Source of the DNA: an uncultured cyanobacterium
Lineage (GTDB): Bacteria > Cyanobacteriota > Cyanobacteriia > Leptolyngbyales > Leptolyngbyaceae
Reading direction: 5' to 3'
DNA: 64,000 nucleotides
NCBI GenBank assembly: GCA_963766075.1
Contig: CAVYAN010000079.1
Span: forward strand, 1 to 64,000
Part shown: piece after piece, positions 7,576 to 19,379 of the stretch
Position numbering within the stretch: the first letter of the stretch is position 1
Layout: the number at the start of each line of letters is the position of its first letter
Made by a program: the position numbers and the translations under genes
Notes under the pieces: generated by a model
The model's input: only the letters and a program-made list of their open reading frames with translations
What the model was told of the DNA's origin: nothing
Database searches by the model: none

Positions 7576-9763
7576 ATGCCCGACTTCCCACGCTTCCAAT
7601 GGCCCCGCTTCCAGTGGCCTTTAGCGAGTCGATTTTGGGGCATAGCGGCGGGAATCATCGCCTTTGGGCTCAGTTGCCATTTAGCGCTTCGGCTCTCGAT
7701 GCCGCCCTTGTCTGGGGCCATGCTGTCCTATCAGTCACACATTACCCTGGGACAGAAAACGGTGGCAATTGGCGGAGGTGGGGCCGTTACTGGAATTTAC
7801 TTCCATCCCCGCCAAAAAGATCTGGTTTACATCCGCACGGATGTGGGTGGTTTTTACCGTTGGCAGGCGCCCCCCCAGACCTGGTTGCCCCTGACCGACG
7901 GGTTTGGCCGCAAGCAGTTGAATTACTATGGCGGAGAGTCCTTGGCCGTAGATCCCACCGATCCCCAGATCGTCTACATTGCCGTGGGCAAAAGCCATTG
8001 GTTTGGCCCCGGCACTCTGCTCAAGTCCACCAACCAAGGGGCTACTTGGACCAAGTTAGCTCTGGACTTGCCGCTGCGGGAGGACTATCGCCGTTGGACT
8101 GGGGAGCGGCTCGCGGTGAATCCCTTCCGGCCTCAGGAATTGCTGTTTGGTTCTTGGAAAAGTGGCCTGTGGCGATCGCGGGACTCTGGCACCACCTGGA
8201 CAGTTGTCTCCTCCTTTCCCTACCCGCTTAAAAGACCCCGATATTTCTGCCATTGCCTTTGATCCCCAAACTTCTGGTCGGGTCTATGCCTACGTGGATG
8301 GTGAGGGCGTGTACCAGTCTGCCGATGGGGGCACGACATGGCAGGCGATGGTCGGCAGCCCTCGCCGGATTATGCGGATGGCCGTGGCCCGCGATCGCAC
8401 CCTGTACACCGTCGGGTACCAACGGCCCGCTGTCAGTCAATCCGCAAATGGGAACTGGCGGGATATTTCTCCGCCAGGGAGCGATCCCGTTTTTGGGGCG
8501 ATCGCCCTCAATCCCCAGAACCCGCAGGATATTGTGATCAGCCGGGGGGAAAAGCCCAACCCAGAACTGTATCGGTCTTTAGACAGTGGCACCACCTGGA
8601 AACCCTTGGCGCGCAAAACCCAAAGCACCGTGCCCTGGTGGACCAACTTTATGAAAGATACGGCCTGGATCGCGGCCCTAGAGTTTGATCCCCATCAGCG
8701 CGATCGCGCCTGGTTCGTGGATTGGTATGGCATTTGGCGCACCGATCACCTCAGTGCGGCCCCGTCCATCTGGACAAATCTGCAACAGGGCCATGAAGAA
8801 GTGGTTGTGTTTTCTTTGGTGGCTCCCCCCCAGGGGGCGCTGCTGCTCAGTGGGGTAGCGGATGTGGATGGATTTGTCCATGACCGTGGCCTGGATGCGT
8901 TTCCATCCAAAAATTTCAGCGAGACGGGTCCCCATTTCCAGGACACCTACAGCATTGCCTACTGCGAAACCCAGCCGCAACGCCTCGTGCGGGTGGGGGG
9001 CGATCGCTCCAATGGCCGATACTCAGGAGCCACGTCCAAAGACGGCGGTTTGACCTGGCAAGCCTTGCCCACCTTTCCGGCGGATAAACGCCCGACTCGG
9101 GTGGCAATGTCTGCCACAAATCCTGACCTATTTCTGGTTACCGTGAGCCAAGCGCAACCGCTCCGCACCACCGATGGCGGCAAAACCTGGCGCTCGGTCA
9201 CTGGCTTACCGGATGGCCAAAAAGGTCCCTGGACGACTGCGCCGCGATCGCTGGTGGCCGATCCGGTGGATGGCAACCGCTTCTACTACTACAGTGATGG
9301 CAAACTTTACCGCAGCACCAATGGGGGAGACAATTTCACCGTCATGACCGATCAGCTTTCCTGGATGGACTGGCATACGCTGCAAGCCCAACCGGGCCAA
9401 TCCGGCGACCTGTGGCTGGCCCTGGAAGACGAAGGCTTGCGCCATTCCCCCGATGGCGGGGTGACGTGGAGCCGGATTCCGGCGATCGCGGAAGCCTATC
9501 TCTTTGACTTTGGTAAACCCCCTCCCGGTAGCCGGACTCCGGCCCTCTATGTCTATGGCAAAGTCTATGAAAACCTGTCGGAAGGCAACCTGTTGGAGGG
9601 CACATTTCGGTCTTTAGACTTGGGAAAAACCTGGCAACCCATCGGCAATCCCCAGCGCCCCATGGGCAATTTTCCCTCTGTGCTAGCGGCTAGTCGCCAA
9701 AAGTACGGATTGGTGTTTGTGGGCACCCATGGACGGGGAATTTATTATGGCTCCATGGATTAG
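7576..9763 (+). CDS. GH74 xyloglucanase-like BNR/beta-propeller protein (+1 frameshift ~8220)
   Basis: GGGGAVTGI, RTDVGG, repeated SxDGGxTW boxes, GHEE, ADVDG, VGTHGRGIYYG. ORFs 7576-8262 and 8147-9763 join by removing one base. Confidence 0.85.
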
Positions 9764-10312
9764 ATTTTACGGCACCGGCCAGAGTCCACTCGATAGGCCC
9801 AAAATCAGAAGTGTCCTAAAAGTGTCCTAAACTAGACAAGGCAAAACGAGACAAAACAAAACGAGACAAAACAAAGAGTGGCGCTAAAAGTTGAATTTGG
9901 GTGTTTAATCGTATGGTGGTCCAAATTCAGGATAGCGCTCCACTTTTCGGGCTAGTCATTCCATGACTGTGGTGGTGAATCCAGGGTGGTGAATCCAGTC
10001 CGGGCCGTCAACTGTAGCTGTTCGCAGGAAGAACTACATGTCTGGACTCGGTAAGCCCTTCGCTATGCGCGATCGCCCCCAAGCGCTGAGCCGAATCGCG
10101 GTATCCCAAGCATAGCCGCATTGCCGATCGCCGTGGAATGACTGGATAGAGTTGAGCCGTTCCCGCCACGCCCTGCTCAAAGGCGCCTCCCGTGGTGCCA
10201 TCTTCAGTGTCTGTGTGGGCCGTTTCTCTAGTTCGTTGTTGGTCAATCCGTTCCAGTCTCCCAATTTCATCTGGTAGCGGAAATTTGTAAACTTAGAAGG
10301 ATCTCTCGCTTC

Positions 10313-12656
10313 ATGGACTTTTCGATTGCTGAGTTATTGTCCAACTTTTCTGATGACAAACTGGTGACCCCCAAAGCCATTGAGAAAAAGCTGGAGTGCG
10401 ATGATGATGAGGGTATACGGCGATTGCAAATTGCGTTGGATGCGTTAGAGAAGATTGGCATCCTGGAAAAAGAGCGGGGCCGTTATCGCCGGATTCCCGA
10501 AGAAGGTGTGGTAGAAGGCAAATTGCGGTGCTCCAGTAAAGGCTTTTGTTTTGCCATTCAAGATGTGGAAGGAGCCGAGGATGTCTACATTCGCGAAAGC
10601 CAGTTGAACAATGCTTGGAATGGCGATCGCGTCCTGGTGCGGGTGACGAAGGAAGGCAGTCGTCGTCGCAGTCCAGAAGGTGAAGTCCGCCTCATTCTGG
10701 AGCGGGCCAACCCCACGGTGCTGGCGCGGGTGAAAAAGCTGGAGGAGGGAGAATTTCGGGCGGTGCCCTTGGACGATCGCCTGCTGTTTGAGCTGGCCGT
10801 GCAGTCCAATGGGTTTGATCTGGATGATGCCATTGAGAAACTGGTCCATATCGAGATTCAGCGCTATCCCCTGGGGCAAAATCCGCCCTTGGGTCGTGTT
10901 GCCCAAGTGCTGGGAACCGATACCGATGCCTCGGACATTGCGATCGTCTGCTGTAAACACGATTTGCCACGGGGCTTTTCCGAGGCGGTGTTGGCTGCCG
11001 AGAGTGCCCTCCCCACCGATCTGAAAAAAGGCCAGCTCAAAAATCGGCTCGATCTGCGCAAACTGACCACCATCACCCTAAAAGCGGATACCAGCGCCTC
11101 CAGTACCGACAGCGTAGACGATGCCATTACCCTGGAGCGCACCAAGGACGGCAACTGGCACCTGGGCATTCACATTGCGGATGTGGCTTTTTATGTCGCC
11201 CCTGACTCCCCCATCGATCGCGAAGCCAAAAAGCGGGGCACCGCCATTTACCTGGGGGAAACCGTGGTACCCATGTTGCCCGATCGCCTGACCCAGCAGC
11301 TCTGTGCCTTTCAGGTGGGCAAAGATCGCCTCGCGGTTTCCGTACTGGTGATCCTCAGCGATCAGGGCGACGTGATTGAATTTGAATTGCAGCCTACGGT
11401 GATCTGCGTTGATCACGCCCTCAGTTATCAGGAAACCCAGGCCATTCTCTCCCGCGACACCAATCCGGTTGCCGACGTGGATATCAAGCCTTTCACCGCC
11501 ATTTATAAGCTGCTGGATCAGTTGGCATCCCTCAGCAATGCCCTGAAGGAGCAGCGTCGTCAACGGGGTGCCTTTGAACTGAACCTGCCGGAAAAACCCT
11601 CCAGCAGCGGTGATTCCCTGTTTGATCCGAAGTTCCACTACGACGATGAAGGGGCACTGAGTGCCATGCTGGTCACCCCATCCGACCCGACTCACGCCCT
11701 GATTGCCGAACTGATGCTGCTGGCCAATCAACTGGTCGCGTCCCACTTGATTGCTTTAAGCGTTCCGGGAATTTATCGGGTGCATCCGGCTCCTGACCCC
11801 GATGATGCCCAAGAACTCATCAAGCTGGTGGTAAATATGGGCATTGATCTGCACACTGAGCAGGAAGAGGGTGTCAAACCTCAGGATTACCAAAACTTCA
11901 CGCGCAAGTTTGCCGAGTACGACACGGAACGGGTGCTGACCTATTTACTCATGGAAACCCTGAAGCCGGCCTTTTACAGTACTTCGCCTAAATCCCACTT
12001 TGGTTTGGCCTTAGAGCAGGGCTACACCCACTTCACGTCGCCGGTGCGGCGCTATCCCGATCTGTTGATTCAGCGGGTGTTGCACGCGGTGTTCGAGGAA
12101 GGGCGCGATCGCAAATCCACCCGCTCCAAGGAACTCGTCAACCTGCGCCACAGTTCTTGTCATGGCAACATCACCTGGAATGTGCTGCCTCCGGATATTC
12201 ACGAAAGTCTGGAATCCTATTTCTCGGCGATCTGTCATCCACCTGAGCGAGCGGGAAAAAATTGCCCTGGAAGCGGAAAATGATCTCGAGGGCCTGAAAA
12301 AAGCCGAACTGATGCGGGAGCGCACGGGTGAAGTATTCCACGGGTTGATCACCGGGGTGCAGTCCTACGGTCTGTTCGTGGAAATTGAAGAACTGCTGGT
12401 TGAAGGGTTAGTCCATGTCAGTTCCCTCAAGGATGACTGGTATGAGTACCGCTCGCGCCAGCAAACCTTAGTCGGGCGCAAGAATCGCAAGCAATATCGC
12501 CTCGGCGATCTGATCGAAGTCCAGGTCAAGAGCGTGGATTACTACCGCCAGCAGATTGACTTGGTGGCGATCGGTGGCGGCAGCGAAGCACCCCCAGACG
12601 ACTATTCTGAACCGGATGAGATCCAGGAGGATGACGAAGAGGGTGATGAAGACTAA
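10313..12656 (+). CDS. rnr: Ribonuclease R family exoribonuclease (+1 frameshift ~12233)
   Basis: KGFCFA CSD, DDAI, HIADV, HFGLA..YTHFTSPVRRYPDL, with a C-terminal S1 domain in the second frame. Confidence 0.92.
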
Positions 12657-13257
12657 CCGTCCTCTCATTCTTGGGGTCACCGGAGCTTCGGGCCTGATCT
12701 ACGCTGTGCGGGCCATTAAATATCTACTAGAAGCAGACTATCGGATTGAACTGGTGGCCTCAAGGGCGGCGGGCATTGTATGGCAAGCCGAGGACAACAT
12801 TAAAATGCCCGCTGAGCCGGGGGCACAGGCCCAATTCTGGCGACAACAGGCGCAGGTGCCCACAGCGGGCACTCTGGTTTGTCATCCCTGGGGAGATGTA
12901 GGGGCTAACATTGCCAGTGGCTCGTTTCGGACCTTGGGCATGGTGATTATGCCGTGCAGCATGAGTACGGTGGGTAAAATTGCTACGGGTCTCAGTTCGG
13001 ATTTGCTGGAGCGGGCGGCGGATGTGCAGCTCAAGGAAGGGCGGAAGCTGGTCATTGTGCCTCGGGAAACGCCCTTTAGTCTGATTCATTTGCGGAACTT
13101 AACGGCGCTGGCAGAAGCAGGCGCGCGGATTGTTCCAGCGATTCCAGCCTGGTATCACAAACCGAAAACAATTGAGGATCTGGTGGATTTTGTGGTGGCG
13201 CGGGTGCTGGATCAGGTGGAGATTGACTGCGTTCCCATTACCCGGTGGAAAGAATAA
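12646..13257 (+). CDS. ubiX: Flavin prenyltransferase
   Basis: GVTGASG, ASGS, PCSMST, RAADVQLKEGRKLVIVPRETP; start probably ATG 12646. Confidence 0.95.
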   Translation: MKTNRPLILGVTGASGLIYAVRAIKYLLEADYRIELVASRAAGIVWQAEDNIKMPAEPGAQAQFWRQQAQVPTAGTLVCHPWGDVGANIASGSFRTLGMVIMPCSMSTVGKIATGLSSDLLERAADVQLKEGRKLVIVPRETPFSLIHLRNLTALAEAGARIVPAIPAWYHKPKTIEDLVDFVVARVLDQVEIDCVPITRWKE

Positions 13258-13304
13258 AGTCGGAAATGGATTACTGGATCGAGGCCTGCCGCGATCGCGC
13301 AAAT

Positions 13305-13624
13305 TTATAGATTTGGGTCGCGATCCAGCCAGTCAGACAACTCCTGCGGCTGTGTGAAATCTAACAGCACCTCTCCCAACGACTCCAACTGCTCTGTCGA
13401 GAGAATCTGAACTTGAGCGATTATTTCGGGTGAAAGAATACCCACCCGACGGCTCAGTTGTTTCAAAATTAGCGATCGCTCCCGGCGAGGGACTGCTCAA
13501 AGACGATCGCCGCATTGACATCCCACAAATTAATCACCTGATAGTCCTGCCGTGCTTGTAGCCCTAGAAAGGTGGACTCAAAGCGATCACAAATCATCAT
13601 TGGGGTTGGAGGCGGCAGAATGTT
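13305..13624 (-). pseudogene. Internally deleted Rpn-family (recombination-promoting nuclease) gene remnant with a DUF4351 tail
   Basis: One frame reads NILPPPTPMMICDRFESTFLGLQARQDYQVINLWDVNAAIVFEQSL; another reads ERSLILKQLSRRVGILSPEIIAQVQILSTEQLESLGEVLLDFTQPQELSDWL; junction ~13487. Confidence 0.75.
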
Positions 13625-13808
13625 CTGTACTGCCGCGACTTCTGAACGTGATTATCGCCAGGGAAACTTAAAACAAATTTTTTGACAAGCGATCGCGGCG
13701 TTAACCATCCTTCAAGAATATGGTTTAGACTAAGACCTACTTTTAGGGCGATCGGTGAGTTGTGCTCTAAGCGCGATCGCTGCCCTCATCCCCGTCTGGA
13801 GCGCTCCT

Positions 13809-13919
13809 ATGGTCAAAGTCCTCAGCCGTCAATCTCTTGGTATCCAACCCGTCTACGATCTCGGCGTAGCCTCCGACGACCATAACTTTCTGCTAGCAGA
13901 CGGCTGGGTGGCCTCCAAC
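13809..13919 (+). other. C-intein of the trans-splicing DnaE intein (37 aa)
   Basis: Ends ASN, followed by the CFN extein at 13920. Confidence 0.93.
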
Positions 13920-15155
13920 TGTTTTAACAAATCCCACTCCTGTGCCTACGCCTACGTCACCTACCAAACGGCCTACCTAAAGGCCAATTACGGTGTGGAA
14001 TATATGGCCGCGCTGCTAACGACCAACAGTGGTGATCAGGATAAGGTGCAGCGCTACATCGCCGGGTGTCTGGTCATGGGCATTGAAGTGGAGCCGCCGG
14101 ACATTAACCGTTCCGGCGTGGATTTTACCCCCATTGGTAAAACGATTCTGTTTGGGTTGTCGGCAGTGCGAAATGTTGGCATGGGCCCGATTGAGGCGCT
14201 GTTGACCGCGCGCGAGCAGGGGGGACCGTTTCAGTCCTTGGCGGATTTGTGCGATCGCGTCGATCTGCGCGGTGTCAACCGGCGTGCCCTAGAAGCCTTG
14301 ATCTATGCCGGAGCCTTCGACAAGCTGGAGAATAATCGTCAGCAGTTGATTAAGGATTTGGAATTCGTCCTCGATTGGGCCCAGTCGCGCGCCCGCGATC
14401 GCGAAAGTGGCCAGGGTAATCTGTTTGACCTACTGGGGAGCTTCGGCAGTGACACGGCGGCCCCCGTCAATGGATTTGAATCTGCGCCCAAGGCCCCGGC
14501 GACCCCCGACTTTGACCCCCAGGAGCGGCTGCGGCTGGAAAAAGAAATCGTCGGCTTCTATATTTCTGACCATCCCCTCAAGGCGCTGCGGGAAACAGCC
14601 CGGATTCTGGCCCCTGTGTGTATGAGCGAATTGAACGAAGTCGCTGAAAACACCACCGTCAGTGGCATTGTCATGCTGTCTACCGTCAAGCCGGTGATCA
14701 CGAAAAAGGGCGATCGCATGGCCATTCTCACGGTCGAAGATCTGACAGGACAGGTGGATGCGGTGGTTTTCCCAAAATCCTATGAGCGGATTGGGCACCA
14801 CATCACTCCCGACGCCCGCCTGATGGTGTGGGGCAAAGTTGATCGCCGCGATGATCAACTGCAATTCATTATTGACGATGCAGAGCCGGTCGAAATGGTG
14901 CGGATGGTCCTGGTCGAACTCACTCCCCGCCTTGCCAGTGATATTTCCGAGCGGCAGCGGCTGAAGGAAGTGCTGATGGACCAGCAGGGTGAAAAGGATA
15001 AGGCCAAGGTGTCGGTGTTGGCGATCGTGCAAGAGCAGGGCCGCAAGCACATTGTGCGGTTTGGCCCGCAATTCCGCGTGCAGGATCATCAGGCTACGGT
15101 CAGCGCGTTAATGCGGGCAGGATTTCAGGCGCAGGCTTCGTCCCTGGCAGGATGA
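13809..15155 (+). CDS. dnaE: DNA polymerase III alpha subunit, C-terminal half, with an N-terminal split intein (DnaE-C)
   Basis: MVKVLSRQSLGIQPVYDLGV..HNFLLADGWVASN/CFNKSH; PPDINRS, GFYISDHPL, OB fold. Confidence 0.97.
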   Translation: MVKVLSRQSLGIQPVYDLGVASDDHNFLLADGWVASNCFNKSHSCAYAYVTYQTAYLKANYGVEYMAALLTTNSGDQDKVQRYIAGCLVMGIEVEPPDINRSGVDFTPIGKTILFGLSAVRNVGMGPIEALLTAREQGGPFQSLADLCDRVDLRGVNRRALEALIYAGAFDKLENNRQQLIKDLEFVLDWAQSRARDRESGQGNLFDLLGSFGSDTAAPVNGFESAPKAPATPDFDPQERLRLEKEIVGFYISDHPLKALRETARILAPVCMSELNEVAENTTVSGIVMLSTVKPVITKKGDRMAILTVEDLTGQVDAVVFPKSYERIGHHITPDARLMVWGKVDRRDDQLQFIIDDAEPVEMVRMVLVELTPRLASDISERQRLKEVLMDQQGEKDKAKVSVLAIVQEQGRKHIVRFGPQFRVQDHQATVSALMRAGFQAQASSLAG

Positions 15156-15359
15156 TCAGGGCGTCTAGGGAAAGGGTGCCTGGATAAAATAAGCAGGGTG
15201 GGCATCGGGAAAAAATCCGGTATAAAAAATGCGTGGGCTGGGGAACTTCGGACAGGCAGTGGCCGTCCTCAGGACTGGCGGAGAGTGGGTTATGGTGTGG
15301 GCGAACCTCTGGTTAGAGTGAGCCGGGATCATGCCGCCCCGGTCAGGCCATCCACCGCT

Positions 15360-15408
15360 ACAATCGGTATAACTATCGGCATACAGCTATCGGCATACAA
15401 CTATCGGT
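15360..15408. repeat. Short ~14-bp tandem repeat (CTATCGGCATACA-like)
   Basis: AACTATCGGCATAC AGCTATCGGCATAC AACTATCGGT. Confidence 0.7.
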
Positions 15409-15521
15409 AGAGTTGATGCTCCCCGTTTGTGATTCAGAAAGTTCACTCAGCCCCGCTAGGGTATCGGCGTTGCTGACCACAGCTGGCCGACCCACACGCT
15501 ATCCCTGAACGCCCCAACGCC

Positions 15522-16577
15522 ATGAATGACACCCCGTTGTTGAAGAATTTGTCTGGTCTCAGGAATTTTTCTGAGTGGGTTACGCCAGAAACATTGGAAA
15601 AGGGCGTCGCCTTACTGAAACGACCGGCGGCGATCGCCATCATTGCGTCTGTGGGATTACATGGGTTACTGGGCATCTCACTGCCCATCTGGAGCGGCAG
15701 CAGCAAGGAAGCGGATCCCAAAAAGGTGGTGAAATTGGTCGATTTGACCCCAGCAGAGCAAAGCCGCTTGCCCCAAGCCCCGGGCGTGGTCTCACCCGCG
15801 CTGCAAGTGCCATCCTCCAGTCCCATCTTGGGCTCCAGTCCCGGCCTTGGCTCCTTTGGTAAGAGTCTGTTCCAGCCGCTCCCTGATTCGACGTTCAACC
15901 TCTCCTCGCCAAAATTGAACACTACCCCCCCTGGGGCAACTAACCGTCCCTTTGTCATCTCTCCCGATTTGTTTTTGAAGCCGCTGCCGAATTTGACCAT
16001 CAAATATCCCGATTCGCCCCCGCTGGCCAGCCCGCCGCCGACCAGCCCACCGCCAGCCCCCGTGACCCCGTCCCCGCTCCAAGGCGCAACACCATCCCCT
16101 TCCCCCGCACCAACGACCAGCCCAGTGCCCGTGGATCCGGTCCGGGCGGCGGAAGACCAAAAGGCGAGAATGATTGCTGGGTTCAGGCTGGATCAGCAAC
16201 TCCAAGCTGCTGGGGCTACGTCTACTTCCAGAGAAGATCAGCTAACGCGGTACACCGCTTGGCAAGAGAGTATCGTGCAAACGGGAAAAGCAACCCTGGA
16301 GGAATTGGCACAAAATGTGATCTCACGGCCTATTTCTTTGACCTGTCCAGCAGAAGATTGCACCGATAAGTTGGTGACGTTTACTGTGGTGGTCGATGCC
16401 AATGGCCGATTGCTTGGAGATCCGGGGCTGATTGTCAAGACGGGGGATGTGGGGTTGGATAAAGCGGCTGAGCAGGAATTCCACAAGCTGCTGCCAGAGT
16501 TGCAAAAACCCCCTGAAAAAAATCGCGTGACGGTTTACCTGATCCAAGTGGACTTTACGGGGCAAAAAGTGGGATAG
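15522..16577 (+). CDS. TonB-like proline-rich membrane-anchored protein
   Basis: SVGLHGLL TM segment, Pro-rich linker, C-terminal VVVDANG..TGDVGLDKAA. Confidence 0.65.
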   Translation: MNDTPLLKNLSGLRNFSEWVTPETLEKGVALLKRPAAIAIIASVGLHGLLGISLPIWSGSSKEADPKKVVKLVDLTPAEQSRLPQAPGVVSPALQVPSSSPILGSSPGLGSFGKSLFQPLPDSTFNLSSPKLNTTPPGATNRPFVISPDLFLKPLPNLTIKYPDSPPLASPPPTSPPPAPVTPSPLQGATPSPSPAPTTSPVPVDPVRAAEDQKARMIAGFRLDQQLQAAGATSTSREDQLTRYTAWQESIVQTGKATLEELAQNVISRPISLTCPAEDCTDKLVTFTVVVDANGRLLGDPGLIVKTGDVGLDKAAEQEFHKLLPELQKPPEKNRVTVYLIQVDFTGQKVG

Positions 16578-16654
16578 CGCCTGGAAACGGCCTACGATCG
16601 CTGGGTTGTCGGCGTACAATAAACCGTTGTCCCATGGTCTCCAGGAAGCTGGTT

Positions 16655-17707
16655 ATGGTTTTTGATGCTGCGTTTGCTACCCAATTGCGGTCCGCCGCTC
16701 CTCGCCTCTTTGATTTAATCGACCAATTTGGGCGATCGCGGGTTATGGTAGCAGGCAATATCACCCTGGATGAATTTCTCACGGGCCAAGTTGAACGCCT
16801 TTCCCGCGAGGCCCCCGTGATCATTCTGCGCCATGAACATACGCGCCAAGTTCCCGGTGGCGGTGCCAATGCCATCTATAATTTTGCGAAATTGGGAGCC
16901 CAGGTGAAGGCCGTTGGGCTGGTTGGGGACGATCTCCAGGGACAGGTCATTCGCCAGATTTTTGAGCAGGCTGGCATTGATACTGCGGGGCTGCTCCAGG
17001 AGGCTGAACGGCCCACCGTCACTAAAACCCGCATTTCTGGCCATGCCCGCCAATCTGTGACCCAGCAGATAGTTCGTATCGATCGCAAGTCTGATGAAAT
17101 GCCCAGTCAAATCTTGCAACACCAATTGGCGGACTATATCGCCAAACATCGGGATAAAGTTGATGCGATCATTTGTTCTGACTATGGTGATGGTGTGTTG
17201 TCTACGCCAGTGATTCAAGCGGTGCTAGAGCATGATCTGAGCATTGTCGATTCTCAGAAAGATTTAGAGCGATTTGCTGGGGCAAGTGTGTTCACGCCCA
17301 ATTTGCCCGAGGCCGAAAAAGCGGTGGGATTTTCTGTGGTGACGCCTGCGGGCACCGTGGATGAAAGTCTGATTCAGAAGGCGGGGCAGACGTTGCTGCG
17401 CCAAAATCAAGCCCGCCATGTCCTGATTACGCGCGGCGAAGATGGCATGAGTTTGTTTAGTGCGGATGGGTCGGAGCACCATATTCCAGCCTTTAACCGC
17501 ACGGATGTCTTTGATGTCACTGGGGCGGGCGATACTGTCGTGGCGGCCCTGACCCTGGGCTTGATTGTGGGAGCTTCTCCCTGGGAGGCGATGGTGTTGG
17601 GAAATTTGGCTGCCAGCATTGTGGTACGGCAGTTTGGCACCACACCTACGACGCAAGCTGAAATGAAGGCAGCACTCCATGCCTTGCTAGACGAGTGGAA
17701 GCTGTGA
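16655..17707 (+). CDS. RfaE/HldE domain I-like heptose-7-phosphate kinase (PfkB family)
   Basis: VERLSREAPV, PGGGAN, KTRI, SDYGDG, TPNLPEA, DVTGAGDT. Confidence 0.9.
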   Translation: MVFDAAFATQLRSAAPRLFDLIDQFGRSRVMVAGNITLDEFLTGQVERLSREAPVIILRHEHTRQVPGGGANAIYNFAKLGAQVKAVGLVGDDLQGQVIRQIFEQAGIDTAGLLQEAERPTVTKTRISGHARQSVTQQIVRIDRKSDEMPSQILQHQLADYIAKHRDKVDAIICSDYGDGVLSTPVIQAVLEHDLSIVDSQKDLERFAGASVFTPNLPEAEKAVGFSVVTPAGTVDESLIQKAGQTLLRQNQARHVLITRGEDGMSLFSADGSEHHIPAFNRTDVFDVTGAGDTVVAALTLGLIVGASPWEAMVLGNLAASIVVRQFGTTPTTQAEMKAALHALLDEWKL

Positions 17708-17855
17708 GGATTTGGGATGACACGTTGCCCCAATCCCGAGGAAAATTTTCAGGGCAAATTCTTAGTACAGAATAATTTAATCGCTAAATGCGTAATTTCA
17801 GGGAAATAATGAGATGTAATGCTGTAGCTCTTTATTTCCTACCGATATTACTTTT

Positions 17856-18881
17856 ATGTTGTCTCTCCCCTCTTTGCCAAATACTCTGAATCTGCTGGCG
17901 CTCAATCTGGCGGTGATGACCGGGATGGCTGCTCTGCCTGCGATCGCCCATCCCAAGCCTCTCCTGAGCCCCACCCGCATTGCCGCCAGCATTGAACAGC
18001 CCCAACTGATCCAAACTCTGGCGGGCCACAACAGCTCCGTTAACTCGGTGGCCATTGGCCCGAATGATGTGTTGGTGACGGGCAGCAGCGATCGCACCCT
18101 CAATGTCTGGAACTACAAAACGGGTGTGTTGCAGCGCACGCTCAACAATACTTACATTCCTAATGTCTTAATCTTGAGTGCTGATGGCCAAACCCTGTTC
18201 AGTACGGGCGGTGAAAAGGCCGTGCGATTTTGGCGCACGGGTACGGGGGATTTGGTACGCGTCTTGTCTGGGTTCAAGGGAATTGTGCGTTCCATTGATA
18301 TCGATCCCGATGGGCAAACCCTGGCCACGGCTAGCCTCGATAAAAAAGTTCAGATCTGGGATATCAAAACTGGCGCTTTGCTCAAGACCTTTCTGGGACA
18401 CACGGACTTTGCCACGGCGGTGGCCTTTAGTCGCGATCGCCAAAGTTTGGTCAGTGGGGGTGGCGGGCTGGATAAAAGCATTCGGATTTGGCGGCTTGAT
18501 CGCGATGAACCCCCACGGGTTTTGATGGGACATCAGGGCTGGGTGCTGTCGATTGCCATCAGTCCTAATGGCCGATACATTGCTAGCGCCAGCAATGATC
18601 AAACGGTTAAGCTATGGGATTTCAAAACGGGAGAACTGATTCGGACGTTGACCGGACACACAAAATCGGTGCGATCGGTACTCTTTACGCCCGATGGAAG
18701 AACAATTATTAGCGGCAGTGAAGATGGTAAGGTGCGCCTGTGGAGCACGGATACGGGAGAAACGCTTGCTATTCTGCCGGGACATACGCAAAAAGTAATG
18801 TCCATTGCCCTGAGCCCGAATGGACGCTATCTGGCTAGTGCCAGCGAAGACAAAACGGTACAGGTCTGGCAACTTAGATAA
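17856..18881 (+). CDS. Secreted WD40 repeat protein
   Basis: Signal-like N-terminus and seven GH..WD-type repeats. Confidence 0.92.
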   Translation: MLSLPSLPNTLNLLALNLAVMTGMAALPAIAHPKPLLSPTRIAASIEQPQLIQTLAGHNSSVNSVAIGPNDVLVTGSSDRTLNVWNYKTGVLQRTLNNTYIPNVLILSADGQTLFSTGGEKAVRFWRTGTGDLVRVLSGFKGIVRSIDIDPDGQTLATASLDKKVQIWDIKTGALLKTFLGHTDFATAVAFSRDRQSLVSGGGGLDKSIRIWRLDRDEPPRVLMGHQGWVLSIAISPNGRYIASASNDQTVKLWDFKTGELIRTLTGHTKSVRSVLFTPDGRTIISGSEDGKVRLWSTDTGETLAILPGHTQKVMSIALSPNGRYLASASEDKTVQVWQLR

Positions 18882-19379
18882 GAGGGCGTCATGCGGGGGC
18901 GGAGTGATTTGGATCGATGCCCAGGTCCGGTAGTTTCGCAGCCAAGATTTCTGAACGCCAGCGCTCAGAAATCTTGGCTATCAGTGAGCCTCCTTTGCCC
19001 GTTGACGTTCTACTGATTAACGTTTCTGTTGGGCTCGCTAGTGCTTTTGTAACGACCCGAGAAGCTTCTTTACAATAATCCGGACAGTTTTTGTCGAAGT
19101 GCTTCAAACCCGCATGGCAAACGTCAGCAAAAGTGTCTGGAGTATTGCAATTAGAGTCAGCGGCTTCGGTTCATTCTACCCAATAGATTGAGCTGATACC
19201 TATCGGTCATTTGAATCGCTGTAGGGTATGGAGCCTGGGAGAGTGGAGTTTAAGGTAAAAGGGGCCTGACTTTCAGACTTTTGTCAGTCAAACCGAGATA
19301 AACACGCGATCGCGTGTTTACCCCTTTCACGGGGCAATCCGGTAGTGGCTTCAGCGGTTAGATCAACCGTCCCATCTGG

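Noticed and set aside
9780..10310. ncRNA or riboswitch upstream of rnr
   Set aside because: No recognisable conserved motif; only short local duplications.
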